Source: an uncultured bacterium (GTDB taxonomy: Bacteria > Patescibacteriota > Microgenomatia > UBA1400 > MFAQ01). Taken from it: a stretch of 64,000 nt of DNA. A program made the translations under genes and the position numbers. Under the pieces are notes generated by a model, which was given only the letters and a program-made list of their open reading frames with translations, did no database searches and was not told where the DNA came from. Positions 9,998-19,666 of this stretch are shown here, in pieces (within the stretch, counting starts at the first letter, position 1; every line of letters starts with the position of its first letter). The stretch covers positions 1,235-65,234 of the forward strand of contig CAXBYW010000005.1 of NCBI GenBank assembly GCA_963980225.1. The letters run 5' to 3'.

Positions 9998-10689
9998 CAG
10001 CGTTTTGACTTAACATATCCAGCGTCTCTAGCTTCTTTTTCACTACAAAACCATTCTTCTCCTCTGTCTTTCTCTACTACTGTGGTCATGTACTGAACAC
10101 ATCCAGGTAGATGGTAAATTCGCCCACTTGAATTACTAGGATCGATGTTTCCTTTTATGACACACTTTGGATCTTCAATATTTTCCCACTGGTAACAGGT
10201 AGGACTATACACCCCCAGCTTATTTTCCTTCGCTTCAAGTCCCAACGCCTTTAACTCATCCGTCACGCTGCTGGTATCACTATGATATCTACCCCAACCC
10301 TTCTCAATGATCTCTTTATTGATCAATTTCTTTCCGACATAAACCAAGGCCATGGCTCTACCTCTCTGGTCCAAAATTTTCTCCCGAATAATAACTCTCT
10401 TTCCTTCCACTAGTTTTTTAAGTAAATTAGTCGCCTCCACACCACCACAAAACTCTAACTCTGGCGCATCCAGATGCCTCAGTCGTAAACGAACCTTGCC
10501 ATCAAGTACCAAGGTGTCACCGTCAATCACTCCTTCAACTGCAATACTCTCATCAAATTTTGGTAGCCCGCCTGTTGTCAGGTAAAAAGCATTTAATATC
10601 AAAGACAACCCTAAAATCAACCATCCCCAACCAAACTTTATTGGCAAACCAGACAAAAAACTGAATTTTTCCTCCTTCTTCACCTTCAC
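9994..10689 (-). CDS. Thermonuclease (SNase) family protein with C-terminal Cys-containing domain
   Basis: VIDGDT, RLRHLDAPE, DQRGRAMA; IKGNI..YHLPGC..WFCSEKEA. Confidence 0.9.
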   Translation of the reverse strand: MKVKKEEKFSFLSGLPIKFGWGWLILGLSLILNAFYLTTGGLPKFDESIAVEGVIDGDTLVLDGKVRLRLRHLDAPELEFCGGVEATNLLKKLVEGKRVIIREKILDQRGRAMALVYVGKKLINKEIIEKGWGRYHSDTSSVTDELKALGLEAKENKLGVYSPTCYQWENIEDPKCVIKGNIDPSNSSGRIYHLPGCVQYMTTVVEKDRGEEWFCSEKEARDAGYVKSKRC

Positions 10690-10704
10690 CTCTTTAATTG
10701 TATA

Positions 10705-10956
10705 TTAAACGGATCTAATCAAGTTTTCTTTTTGCTCTCTCGTTAGCTTTTTGAGCGCAGCCTCTCTTTTCATCGCCTCAGATCTTGTTTTGTAAGGCTC
10801 AGAATACACCAACTCAAACGACTTAAAGTAGCGCATGTACTTAGCTGATTTAGGAGTTTTATTTAGGTGTTCTTTGAGTCTTTGTTTTAAATCTTTTGCC
10901 TGTCCAATATATAAAGTATTAGACGAGGTGCGAAGTATGTAAACAGAAAAGGGCAC
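10705..10956 (-). CDS. GIY-YIG nuclease family protein
   Basis: VYIL..LYIGQ..RLKEH..EAMKRE. Confidence 0.9.
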   Translation of the reverse strand: MPFSVYILRTSSNTLYIGQAKDLKQRLKEHLNKTPKSAKYMRYFKSFELVYSEPYKTRSEAMKREAALKKLTREQKENLIRSV

Positions 10957-11187
10957 TTATTTTCGTTTTTTATGATGCTTTCTTTTTCCCCACATCGTCT
11001 TATTCCATGCTCTCTCATGGAAATAGTAGATTATCGTGCTAGATATATTTGAAAATATGATTACTCCCAATGCCATACCAATGTTTTTAGTGATTGCATA
11101 AATAATGATTCCATCAGCCATCATCACCAAGATTCTAAAGGTGATTGATTTAGCTACCGATCGTTTTACTGTCTCTACTGCCATCAT
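10957..11187 (-). CDS. DUF2061-like small membrane protein
   Basis: RSVAKSITFR...YYFHERAW. Confidence 0.85.
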   Translation of the reverse strand: MMAVETVKRSVAKSITFRILVMMADGIIIYAITKNIGMALGVIIFSNISSTIIYYFHERAWNKTMWGKRKHHKKRK

Positions 11188-11266
11188 TTCATTCTATAGT
11201 AAAAATACAAAGATCATGTAAGAAAGTTTTGAGAGACAGGAGTCTTACTTGTATACTATAAATACG

Positions 11267-12100
11267 ATGGAAGGAATTATTCAAACTTTATCTCCAGCAG
11301 AGTTAGGTAGTCTAGACAAAAAAGAAAAGGAACCAGGAAAGAGCACTGTGTTGTTGTACGGTCAACATAGAACTAAAGAAAAAGTGGCATATGAGGTGGC
11401 GCGTAGAGTTTCTAAGTTTTCACCTTTACAAAAAAAAGGATTAGTTGTTGTGGAGTATCCTAAAGGTTTTGATTATAACGATGCGTATGAAGAAGCTAAA
11501 AAGCAAACAGAAAACTTAAGCACGCAGTATCAAAATATACGAAAAGTTTTCCACGAGATTTTTAGAGAAAAAACACAAGAAGGACATAAAATTAGGGACA
11601 ATGTTTGTAAGCAAAATGCGGACAAGTTAGTGCTCGATATTCATGAAACGACTGACTTTGCAAGAAGTGAACCAAAACTAAGGAGAGATGAAATAGTTTT
11701 TTTGACATCTCTTTCCGAGAAGGGAAATGACGAGTTAAACAAAGTTTTAACAGGCATCTTCCCTGATTTAGATGATATAGATCGACCCTACAATAAGCTT
11801 CGTCTGGTTGCTAAAAACCCAACTAAAGAGAACACTGAAAGTACGTTACCGCCAAATTATATTGCAGTAGAGTTAATAACAAGAGGTGACGATATCTACG
11901 AAAAGAGCGCTAATAAAGATGGGATATGGAGTATTGGTGTAGATGAAAGAGAGGATTATTTACATAGGGAAAAAACAGATGAAAAGACTAGTTCTGCAAT
12001 AAGCAGGGAGGCGACAATTTATACCAGACTTTTAGAAAAAATTATTCCAGAAATTGAAAAATACTACACGGAAAAAGTATTAGATACAAAGTTACTTTAG
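11267..12100 (+). CDS. Hypothetical protein, possible degenerate M14/AstE-like fold
   Basis: Long ORF with VLLYGQHRTKE and VLDIHE; ATG 11267 follows a TATACT/TACTAT box. Confidence 0.55.
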   Translation: MEGIIQTLSPAELGSLDKKEKEPGKSTVLLYGQHRTKEKVAYEVARRVSKFSPLQKKGLVVVEYPKGFDYNDAYEEAKKQTENLSTQYQNIRKVFHEIFREKTQEGHKIRDNVCKQNADKLVLDIHETTDFARSEPKLRRDEIVFLTSLSEKGNDELNKVLTGIFPDLDDIDRPYNKLRLVAKNPTKENTESTLPPNYIAVELITRGDDIYEKSANKDGIWSIGVDEREDYLHREKTDEKTSSAISREATIYTRLLEKIIPEIEKYYTEKVLDTKLL

Positions 12101-12128
12101 TGGGTTAAACACATAAAACTTAATTTGC

Positions 12129-12164
12129 AAAAAAAACACCTATTCCGGTGAGGGATAGGTGTTT
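12129..12164 (-). terminator. Intrinsic terminator of the three-paralog operon
   Basis: AAACACCTATTCC-N5-GGGATAGGTGTTT hairpin, with an A-run on + (U-tract on -). Confidence 0.8.
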
Positions 12165-12189
12165 GGTGTATTTACTAAACAAATTTATT

Positions 12190-12756
12190 TTAAGAAACAG
12201 TCTCATTAAGGACAATATCAGAGGCCTTATATTTTATTCGCATTTTTGCGACTTCATCCATAGGCATTTCATACGTCTCATTTTCTTTAAGATGGCTTAC
12301 TTGGGATTCGAACTCAACCATGAAATCAGCTACTTTATCAAAATCTCTTTCTAGTTTTTTGATTTCATAAAGCTCTTTTTGTTGGTCTACAATCTGGACA
12401 TAGATTGTACCCCCTAAAATCTCAAAGAAAAGGTCTGGATAATTGCCAATTTCTTTTTGAAGAAACTTCTTGGCCCATCTTTCTGCGCTGAGAGAATCGT
12501 ACCGTCTGGCTTTGGTTCGATCGGTCTTAATGGCTTGTTCTAATTTTGGTCCAGATCGCCAAGGCATCTGAATGAGACGCTTACTCTCCCACTGTCCTTG
12601 AAGGTGAGAATAAAGTAACCTCATCTGCCTTCGTCCTTCTTTCATTTTTTCTTCATAGGACATTAAAGCTGTCTCAACGCGTTGACGTTCTGTTTCAAAT
12701 GCGTGTCTTATTTCAACACGCCATCGTCTGAGTGTCAGGTTAATATAGTATTCCAT
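12190..12756 (-). CDS. Orphan paralog 3 of 3 (188 aa)
   Basis: AGGAGGT SD; shares motifs with the two neighbouring ORFs. Confidence 0.8.
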   Translation of the reverse strand: MEYYINLTLRRWRVEIRHAFETERQRVETALMSYEEKMKEGRRQMRLLYSHLQGQWESKRLIQMPWRSGPKLEQAIKTDRTKARRYDSLSAERWAKKFLQKEIGNYPDLFFEILGGTIYVQIVDQQKELYEIKKLERDFDKVADFMVEFESQVSHLKENETYEMPMDEVAKMRIKYKASDIVLNETVS

Positions 12757-12785
12757 GACCTTACCTCCTCATGGTTTTCTTGGGT

Positions 12786-13337
12786 TTACTTATTGATCAC
12801 GAGCTCGTTGATTGAGTAGTTAATACGCATTTCACCAATTTCCAAAGCAGGTAATGCATAAGACTCGTCTTGAGACTTACTTGCAATTTTCTTGCGAAAA
12901 TCAGACATAAAGTCATGCAGTTCTCTCAACCCTTGTTCGGCCGACATAAGTCTTGCAAAAAGTTCCTCTTGTTTGTCGATCAGAACAATAACTGAGTCAC
13001 TGTCTGCCATAGACAGAGTTGGGTATTTGCGAAGTTCTTCTTCGATCAGTTCTTTTGCCCAACCACCTACTCTTAGGTAATCAGGTTCATCCAGCTCGGT
13101 TAAATCATCATATAGAGTTACTTTTAAGGTTGGTGCCTCGAAGAAAAATCGAAATGGCTTTCTTCGTCGAACAATTCTGATTACATCATAAAGGTCTCTA
13201 AGTTCTTCCATCCCAATTTTTCGGATCGCATTATACTTGTCTTCTAGCGACTCAATACAAAGCTCTTCTCGTGTGATTGCTGCACTTATCTCTGCAATCC
13301 AATCTTTAATTTTTTTTCGAATTTTTTTCTCAACCAT
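12786..13337 (-). CDS. Orphan paralog 2 of 3 (183 aa)
   Basis: GGAGGTAACC-ATG; shared motifs. Confidence 0.8.
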   Translation of the reverse strand: MVEKKIRKKIKDWIAEISAAITREELCIESLEDKYNAIRKIGMEELRDLYDVIRIVRRRKPFRFFFEAPTLKVTLYDDLTELDEPDYLRVGGWAKELIEEELRKYPTLSMADSDSVIVLIDKQEELFARLMSAEQGLRELHDFMSDFRKKIASKSQDESYALPALEIGEMRINYSINELVINK

Positions 13338-13367
13338 GGTTACCTCCAGTAATCCATATTGGTTTAT

Positions 13368-13919
13368 TTATTCTTCATCAACTTTAATCACTTTACCCTT
13401 CGAATACGATATACGCATCCGGGCAACATCCAAAACAGGTAGTTCATAAATTTCATCTTCATCACCAAGGGTAGTTTCATTATAGAAAAGAGTCATGTAC
13501 TTGACCATTTCCTTCAGTGATTTTTGGGCAGCAGCAAGTTCTACCGCAAGTTCTCCTTGCTCTTTAATTTCAACAAAGATCGAACCCGAGCGTTCCATAA
13601 AAAGATTAGGGTACTGATCTATTTCTTGTTCGAGTAAACCATAAGCCCACCAAGCTACAACTAGGTAATCATGTTGTGGTAGTTCAGGTTCAGTATATGG
13701 GGCTTGTTTTAGTTTTGGCTCTTTATACCTCTTCTTCCAACGTTTATTTTGTCGGGCAATTTCGAGTAGTTCAAGAAGTGACTGAAGTTGTTTCCGGCCT
13801 ATCCGACTAGCTTCCTCATACGTTTCTTCTAATGCTTGAACATAAAGTCGTTCTCGTACTATTGCCTTTCTCATTTCGACAAGCCAATTTTTAGCCGTCA
13901 TGCGTACTTTTGTAATCAT
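13368..13919 (-). CDS. Orphan paralog 1 of 3 (183 aa)
   Basis: AGGAGGTAACC-ATG; shared motifs. Confidence 0.8.
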   Translation of the reverse strand: MITKVRMTAKNWLVEMRKAIVRERLYVQALEETYEEASRIGRKQLQSLLELLEIARQNKRWKKRYKEPKLKQAPYTEPELPQHDYLVVAWWAYGLLEQEIDQYPNLFMERSGSIFVEIKEQGELAVELAAAQKSLKEMVKYMTLFYNETTLGDEDEIYELPVLDVARMRISYSKGKVIKVDEE

Positions 13920-13961
13920 GGTTACCTCCTGTAAGCCATATTTGTTTCTTTTTTTGTTTAG

Positions 13962-14010
13962 TTTGAAAGGTGCAAAAGGTAATTATATCAAGTTATAGGA
14001 CTACAATCAA
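13962..14010 (-). promoter_or_regulatory. Sigma70 promoter plus boxA-like element for the paralog operon
   Basis: TTGATT-17 nt-TATAAT with TGn extension, followed by TGCACCTTTCAAA. Confidence 0.65.
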
Positions 14011-14093
14011 ATAAAAATAAGCTTTAGTCACCACAATTCTTTTGGAAAATCTATGTCATGTATAATACACATTTCAAGCTTAACTTCAATCCT

Positions 14094-15872
14094 ATGAAAA
14101 ATATCTCAAAAATCATTAGACTATCAAAACCTCTTTATAAAAAGATACTTCTTTTGAGCCTTCTTGTACTTATTATGTCCCTTGTACAACAGGTGCAACC
14201 ATTCTTCATTAAATTTATTGTTGATGATATTGATCTTCAGATCACCTCAGGTTCTGGTGATAGCAGACGAGTAATGTTCCTTATGTTGGGTATGCTAGTT
14301 GCTAACCTTTTTGCGAACCTACTTAACTCCATCAACATGAGGTTTGGTGACTACATAAATTCAAGAGTCAGAAAGTTCCTTATAGAAACCTTTTACAACA
14401 AGGTGTTCACTTTACCTCAACGATATTTTGACACCAAGGTTAGCGGTAAGATCTTAAACCAACTAGGTAGAGGGATTGATTCGATTCAACAGTTCATGGG
14501 AATGGTCACAAATTTTGTACTTCCTGCAATTTTCCAGAGCATCTTAACCGTCGGCATTCTTATGTACTACAGCCTTCCAGTCGGGTTGATCGCTCTTTTT
14601 GTTTTTCCTGCATACATACTAGTTAGTAGTTATTCAACAAAACGTTGGGGAAAAGAAGAAGTCAAAAAAAACAAGCTAGAAGACATTTCCAGAGGAAGAA
14701 TCCAGGAAGTGATAGGGAACATAAGGCTTGTAAGAGGTTTTATGATGCAAGCACAAGAATGGAAATTTGTGTCCAAGCAAATGCTCAAAATCAATAAAAT
14801 TTACGACAAACAATCAACCACTTATCATGTAATCAACTTTTTCCGCGAGTCTGGAGTCGAAGCAGTTCTTCTAGTAATATCTTTAATTGTTTTCTCAAAT
14901 ACTTTTAACGGAATTCTAACTCTTGGTGAGATGGTTCTTATCTTACAGCTACTTTTCCAAATACGAAGACCACTGTTTGCCATGAGTTTTATTCTCGAGA
15001 GAATTCAGCACGCCGAAAGTGGGTCAAAGGAATTTTTTGAAGTCATGGATCTAACGTCTTCAGAAAAGGTCAATATGAGGGCACTACCTAAAAATAGTTT
15101 CAATAAGTCTCCAAGTCTTCAATTCAAAAATATTACTTTCGAGTATGACAAAGAAAAAGGATCAGTCTTACAAGATATTTCATTCAAGATTCCTGCCAAG
15201 CAAACCGTTGCGTTGGTAGGTCATAGTGGTGCCGGTAAATCTACAATCATCAATCTCATACTTAAGTATTACGACTCCACAAAGGGTGAAATATATTTGG
15301 GAGACAAACCATACAGTAAACTAACCCATCAAGAAATACGCAGCCACATATCACTCGTCTTTCAAGATAACGAACTATTTTCGTCAACCATCAGAGAAAA
15401 TGTCGCTTATGGTATACCAAACGCAAAAGAAAAAGATATTATCTCGGCTCTCAAGAAAGCAAATGCATACGGCTTTGTATCAAAGTTTCCAAAAAAACTT
15501 GATGAAGAAATTGGAGAAAGAGGCATCAAACTTTCTGGTGGGCAAAAGCAGCGTATACAAATTGCCCGTGCAATTATGCATGACGCACCGATTCTTATTC
15601 TCGATGAGGCAACAAGTAGCCTAGACTCAAAGTCAGAAAAACAAATTCAGGAAGCATTAGAAGCTTTGATAAAAGACAGACTTGTAATAATCGTTGCTCA
15701 TAGATTCTCTACCATTCAAAACGCAGATCAAATATTAGTATTGGATAATGGAAAATTAGTTGATTCAGGACGACCAAGTGAACTAGCAAGGAAAAAAGGA
15801 GTCTATTCAGAACTACTTCAATACCAAATCAAAGGAAATCAAAAACTTCTCGAAAAATACGAACTTCATTAG
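14094..15872 (+). CDS. ABC exporter, fused permease/ATPase
   Basis: Multi-TM N-terminus; GHSGAGKS, LSGGQKQR, ILDEATS. Confidence 0.95.
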   Translation: MKNISKIIRLSKPLYKKILLLSLLVLIMSLVQQVQPFFIKFIVDDIDLQITSGSGDSRRVMFLMLGMLVANLFANLLNSINMRFGDYINSRVRKFLIETFYNKVFTLPQRYFDTKVSGKILNQLGRGIDSIQQFMGMVTNFVLPAIFQSILTVGILMYYSLPVGLIALFVFPAYILVSSYSTKRWGKEEVKKNKLEDISRGRIQEVIGNIRLVRGFMMQAQEWKFVSKQMLKINKIYDKQSTTYHVINFFRESGVEAVLLVISLIVFSNTFNGILTLGEMVLILQLLFQIRRPLFAMSFILERIQHAESGSKEFFEVMDLTSSEKVNMRALPKNSFNKSPSLQFKNITFEYDKEKGSVLQDISFKIPAKQTVALVGHSGAGKSTIINLILKYYDSTKGEIYLGDKPYSKLTHQEIRSHISLVFQDNELFSSTIRENVAYGIPNAKEKDIISALKKANAYGFVSKFPKKLDEEIGERGIKLSGGQKQRIQIARAIMHDAPILILDEATSSLDSKSEKQIQEALEALIKDRLVIIVAHRFSTIQNADQILVLDNGKLVDSGRPSELARKKGVYSELLQYQIKGNQKLLEKYELH

Positions 15873-15956
15873 AAACTATTTTATCACTGGAAGACAACCA
15901 CTTTTGTTCCTTTTTATAATTAATCAGGTGTACTATTGATATATGATAATGGAACG

Positions 15957-16727
15957 ATGAACATTTATGTTTTAGCTTTATTTATCAGTCTAGGAATAAA
16001 TTTTTTATTCTTTCTCTTAGCTAATGCTTTAAAGACAGATAAGTTTACAGATTTCACATACGGTTTGACCTTTACAGCACTTGCTTTCTTATTTCTTTTT
16101 AAAAATCAAACATTTTACAGGTATCAGCTGTTACTGATGGTAATGGTTGTTTTATGGTCAATAAGACTTATTACTTATCTTTTAATCAGAATTTTGAAAA
16201 TTAAAAAAGACAGTCGTTTCAATAAAATCAGAGAAAATCCCTTAAAATTTTTACAATTTTGGGTTTTCCAAGGTTTAACAGTTTGGATAGTTATGCTTCC
16301 CTCAATCTTTCTACTTAACATAAAAGAACCCAAACCCTTGAATACGATAATGGTTTCAGGAATCATTATTTGGGCTTTTGGACTATTAATAGAAACTATC
16401 TCAGATTGGCAAAAGTTTGGTTTTAAAAACAATCCCAAGAATAAAAACTTATGGATTCAATCAGGGTTATGGAAATACTCAAGACACCCTAATTATTTTG
16501 GCGAAATGTTGGTTTGGTGGGGAATTTTTATTTTTGCCTTACCTTTTTTACAAGGTTTGTCGTGGTTAACCATTTTTAGTCCGATTTTTATTACCTATAT
16601 TCTTATATTTGTCAGCGGTATACCGCTATTGGAAAAAAGATATGATAAAAAATATGCAGATAACAAAAAGTATCAGGAGTACAAAAAGAAAACCAGTACT
16701 TTAATTCCTCTATCTCAAAAGAGATAA
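15957..16727 (+). CDS. DUF1295 / steroid 5-alpha-reductase-like membrane protein
   Basis: KDSRF, GLWKYSRHPNYFGE, SGIPLLE. Confidence 0.9.
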   Translation: MNIYVLALFISLGINFLFFLLANALKTDKFTDFTYGLTFTALAFLFLFKNQTFYRYQLLLMVMVVLWSIRLITYLLIRILKIKKDSRFNKIRENPLKFLQFWVFQGLTVWIVMLPSIFLLNIKEPKPLNTIMVSGIIIWAFGLLIETISDWQKFGFKNNPKNKNLWIQSGLWKYSRHPNYFGEMLVWWGIFIFALPFLQGLSWLTIFSPIFITYILIFVSGIPLLEKRYDKKYADNKKYQEYKKKTSTLIPLSQKR

Positions 16728-16734
16728 TCCCCCT

Positions 16735-17127
16735 TTATATTTTTGAAACTATAAAATAGCTAATCAGAGAAACTGAAGCCCCCAAGATAGTTCCCCAAAC
16801 CATATCAACAACAGTGACTACTAATGGCCAGTCTTTGATGGTGGCCAAATTAGTTAAATCATAGGTAGCGTAGGAGATGAGTCCCAGTAGAGCTCCCAAA
16901 AAAAGAGCTTGTGTCCAAGAGTTTTTCTCTAAAGCCGGTAAAACCGAGAAAACAACCAGACCTACTACAAATAATAAGTAAAACAAACCAGCTGCTACAA
17001 AATTGACATTTGTTTTCATGAGGTAGCCTAGTTGTTGGGCGTAAAATTTTCTAGAGATTATGGTAAGCCAGACCATGTCTATGGCTAAAAATACTGGAAG
17101 GGTAATGAAATAAGCTTTGACAAACAT
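16735..17127 (-). CDS. DUF2177 membrane protein
   Basis: IDMVWL, YATYDLTNLATIKDWP, VDMVWG. Confidence 0.9.
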   Translation of the reverse strand: MFVKAYFITLPVFLAIDMVWLTIISRKFYAQQLGYLMKTNVNFVAAGLFYLLFVVGLVVFSVLPALEKNSWTQALFLGALLGLISYATYDLTNLATIKDWPLVVTVVDMVWGTILGASVSLISYFIVSKI

Positions 17128-17128
17128 C

Positions 17129-17524
17129 TCAACGATTTAAATAAGTAACACTTAATTGTAAAACAGTTGCAAAACTAACCCACAATAGATATGGTACCTG
17201 AATATAAGTAATCCATTTCTGGTGAGGATATATAGCAACCATTGCCCAAACAAGAGTGATTAAGACGAGAAGAATGTCTATGGCTGCCAAGTAGTTGTTT
17301 CTTAACACAAACTGTAGGGGGGTAAAAGCAAAGTTAAAGATAAGATTAAGAATAAACGGAAGAGCAATAAGGAGTGATATTCTCTTTTGAAAGAAAAGTT
17401 GAAATACCTTGAAAAATGATATGGTAATTAAGATATAAAGAAAAGTCCAAACTGGGCCAAAAAGCCAAGACGGTGGAGACCACGAGGGTCTAATTAGCTG
17501 TTGATACCATTCACTTTCTTGCAT
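17129..17524 (-). CDS. tspO: TspO/MBR family protein
   Basis: WYQQLIRPSWSPPSWLFGPVWT, PYLLWVSFAT. Confidence 0.93.
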   Translation of the reverse strand: MQESEWYQQLIRPSWSPPSWLFGPVWTFLYILITISFFKVFQLFFQKRISLLIALPFILNLIFNFAFTPLQFVLRNNYLAAIDILLVLITLVWAMVAIYPHQKWITYIQVPYLLWVSFATVLQLSVTYLNR

Positions 17525-17565
17525 ATAAATAAATTATAGCAGTTTTCAAGAGAGCTATTTTTATG

Positions 17566-17636
17566 TTGCCGGGCTAGGATTCGAACCTAGATAACGACTT
17601 TCAGAGAGTCGTGTCCTACCATTAGACGACCTGGCA
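17566..17636 (-). tRNA. tRNA-Gln(CUG)
   Basis: Cloverleaf TGCCAGG...CGACT-CTCTGAA-AGTCG...GGTTCGAATCC...CCCGGCAA; no encoded CCA. Confidence 0.93.
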
Positions 17637-17676
17637 AGGTTAGTACTCGTAAATTATACCCTCTATTCCTGAAAAA

Positions 17677-18087
17677 CTATTTTTTTAAGGCTTTTACCTC
17701 TTTTCTCAACTTAGCTATCTGCTCATTCATTTCTTTCTGGATCCTCTTGATCTCCATTAGCTGCCTATCTGCTTTCTCGTCCAGCCTTATATCCATCTCT
17801 ATTCTTGCTCGATCACTCTTTCTGAGTCTCTCTTCCTTCTTGTCCCTTGCTTCCTCACCTCTGTTAGACGCCATCAAGAGAAAAATACCAATAAAGATGG
17901 CTTCAAGCGAAACACTAAAGGTAAGCTTGTTAATATCAAAATCAAATACTACCCAGATGGTAAACCACAAGGTGTGTGCTACAACCGCCCACCAACTACC
18001 TAAAAACCAAGAAATTACATCAGTAATTTTGACCATCAGGCTTTTTGTCTTTTTTAAAGGCTTAGCCATAGTTCCGTTTGTGTTCAT
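17677..18087 (-). CDS. DUF1003-like membrane protein
   Basis: FLGSWW, LTFSVSLEAIF..FLLMASNR; coiled-coil tail. Confidence 0.8.
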   Translation of the reverse strand: MNTNGTMAKPLKKTKSLMVKITDVISWFLGSWWAVVAHTLWFTIWVVFDFDINKLTFSVSLEAIFIGIFLLMASNRGEEARDKKEERLRKSDRARIEMDIRLDEKADRQLMEIKRIQKEMNEQIAKLRKEVKALKK

Positions 18088-18154
18088 TGCCTTTACTATA
18101 TTAACAAACCAACTTAGGGTCAAGTAGTTGCTCTATTTGATATACTATCAATAT

Positions 18155-18712
18155 ATGAAAAAATCACTCATTATCGTTATCGCAGTATTAGTATTAGTAG
18201 GTTCCTCACTAACAGGTACATACAACTCCCTAGTTACCGACTCCCAAAAAGTTGACGGTCAGTGGGCCCAGGTGGAAACCCAGTACCAACGTCGTTTTGA
18301 CCTAATTCCTAACCTAGTTGGAGCCACTAAAGGGATTTTTGAACAAGAGAAAGAAGTTTTTGGTAAATTAGCAGAGGCTCGTCAAGGATATTCCGGAGCT
18401 CAAACACCAACTCAAAAAGCAGCCGCGGCTACTCAAGTAGAATCAGCGCTATCACGCTTGCTGGTCATAGTTGAAAACTACCCAGACTTAAAGTCAGACA
18501 GGGCAGTACTTTCATTAACCGACGAACTGGCTGGTACTGAAAACAGAGTAAGTGTCGAGCGTAAACGCTATAACGACACAGTTCTTGTATTCAATACCAA
18601 GGTCAAACGTTTCCCTACGAATCTCATCGCCCCAATCTTTGGCTTTGATGCAAGGCCTTACTTTGAAGCCATAGAGTCAGCTTCCGAAGCACCAAAGGTA
18701 GACTTTCAGTAA
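18155..18712 (+). CDS. lemA: LemA family protein
   Basis: QYQRRFDLIPNLV, ENYPDLK, GTENRVSVER. Confidence 0.95.
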   Translation: MKKSLIIVIAVLVLVGSSLTGTYNSLVTDSQKVDGQWAQVETQYQRRFDLIPNLVGATKGIFEQEKEVFGKLAEARQGYSGAQTPTQKAAAATQVESALSRLLVIVENYPDLKSDRAVLSLTDELAGTENRVSVERKRYNDTVLVFNTKVKRFPTNLIAPIFGFDARPYFEAIESASEAPKVDFQ

Positions 18713-19596
18713 TGATTCGTCGCCCAACCCGTCTTTTCCTTAGTCTCCTTGTTTTTTGTTTTCTTGTCATCCGGTCTTCCTCGTCTGTATACGCCTTTCC
18801 TGATCCAACAGGTTTCGTTAATGACTTTGCCGATGTATTACCAGTAGAATACGAACTCGAGTTAGAAAAAAAACTAGCTGATTTTAGTACCCAAGTAGGT
18901 CCCGAGGTGGTAGTGGTCACCATCAACAGTCTAGAGGGGGACATCATAGAAAACTACGCAGTAGAACTTTTTGCCGAGTGGGGGATAGGTAAAAAAGAAA
19001 CAGACAACGGGGTATTATTTATCTCGTCAATTGGTGATAGAAAAATGCGTATAGAAACAGGGTATGGTGTTGAAGGTTTCTTGCCAGATGGCAAGGTCGG
19101 TAGAATTCTACGTGACTCAGTTGCACCAAACTTTAAAGAACAAGACTACCAAGCTGGTATAGACGCAGGGGTCGGAGCCATTCTTTCTGCCTTAGAATCA
19201 GATCCTAACATCGCTCCTATCTCCTCCACGGCTTCTGACGAGATCCCCAATCTTCCATTTATGATCTTTATTGTCATTTTCTTTGCTATGGCCCTAAGCT
19301 ACTCAGCTGCATTCATGGCTCGTTCTAAAAGTTTCTGGTTTGGTGGGGCCGTGGGATTTTTCATCGGGCTCTTCTCGGGTGTAGGGGCAGCCGTTTTTCT
19401 TGGTTTATTTGGTCTATTTCTTGACTTCATTCTTTCACAAAACTATAAAACTCTAAAAAAAACCAAGCGCCCAACTAGCTTCTGGAAAAGCAAAGGCGGC
19501 TTTGGAGGCTTTGGAGGTAAAAGCAGTGGAGGTGGAGGTTTTGGAGGTTTCTCTGGTGGAAGTAGCGGCGGGGGAGGTGCTTCTTCCAGTTGGTAA
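18712..19596 (+). CDS. TPM-domain (YgcG-like) protein
   Basis: VNDFADVL, WGIGKKETDNGVL, RIETGYGVEG; Gly-rich tail ending in W. Confidence 0.93.
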   Translation: MIRRPTRLFLSLLVFCFLVIRSSSSVYAFPDPTGFVNDFADVLPVEYELELEKKLADFSTQVGPEVVVVTINSLEGDIIENYAVELFAEWGIGKKETDNGVLFISSIGDRKMRIETGYGVEGFLPDGKVGRILRDSVAPNFKEQDYQAGIDAGVGAILSALESDPNIAPISSTASDEIPNLPFMIFIVIFFAMALSYSAAFMARSKSFWFGGAVGFFIGLFSGVGAAVFLGLFGLFLDFILSQNYKTLKKTKRPTSFWKSKGGFGGFGGKSSGGGGFGGFSGGSSGGGGASSSW

Positions 19597-19666
19597 GCGC
19601 TTTTATTTGACTTTTATCTCTCCAAAAGGTTAAATATAGTTACCCAAATAATTACCGAAACAAAAC

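Noticed and set aside
14000-17566. att duplication of the tRNA-Gln 3' end
   Set aside because: No copy of the tRNA end found by eye and no integrase nearby.
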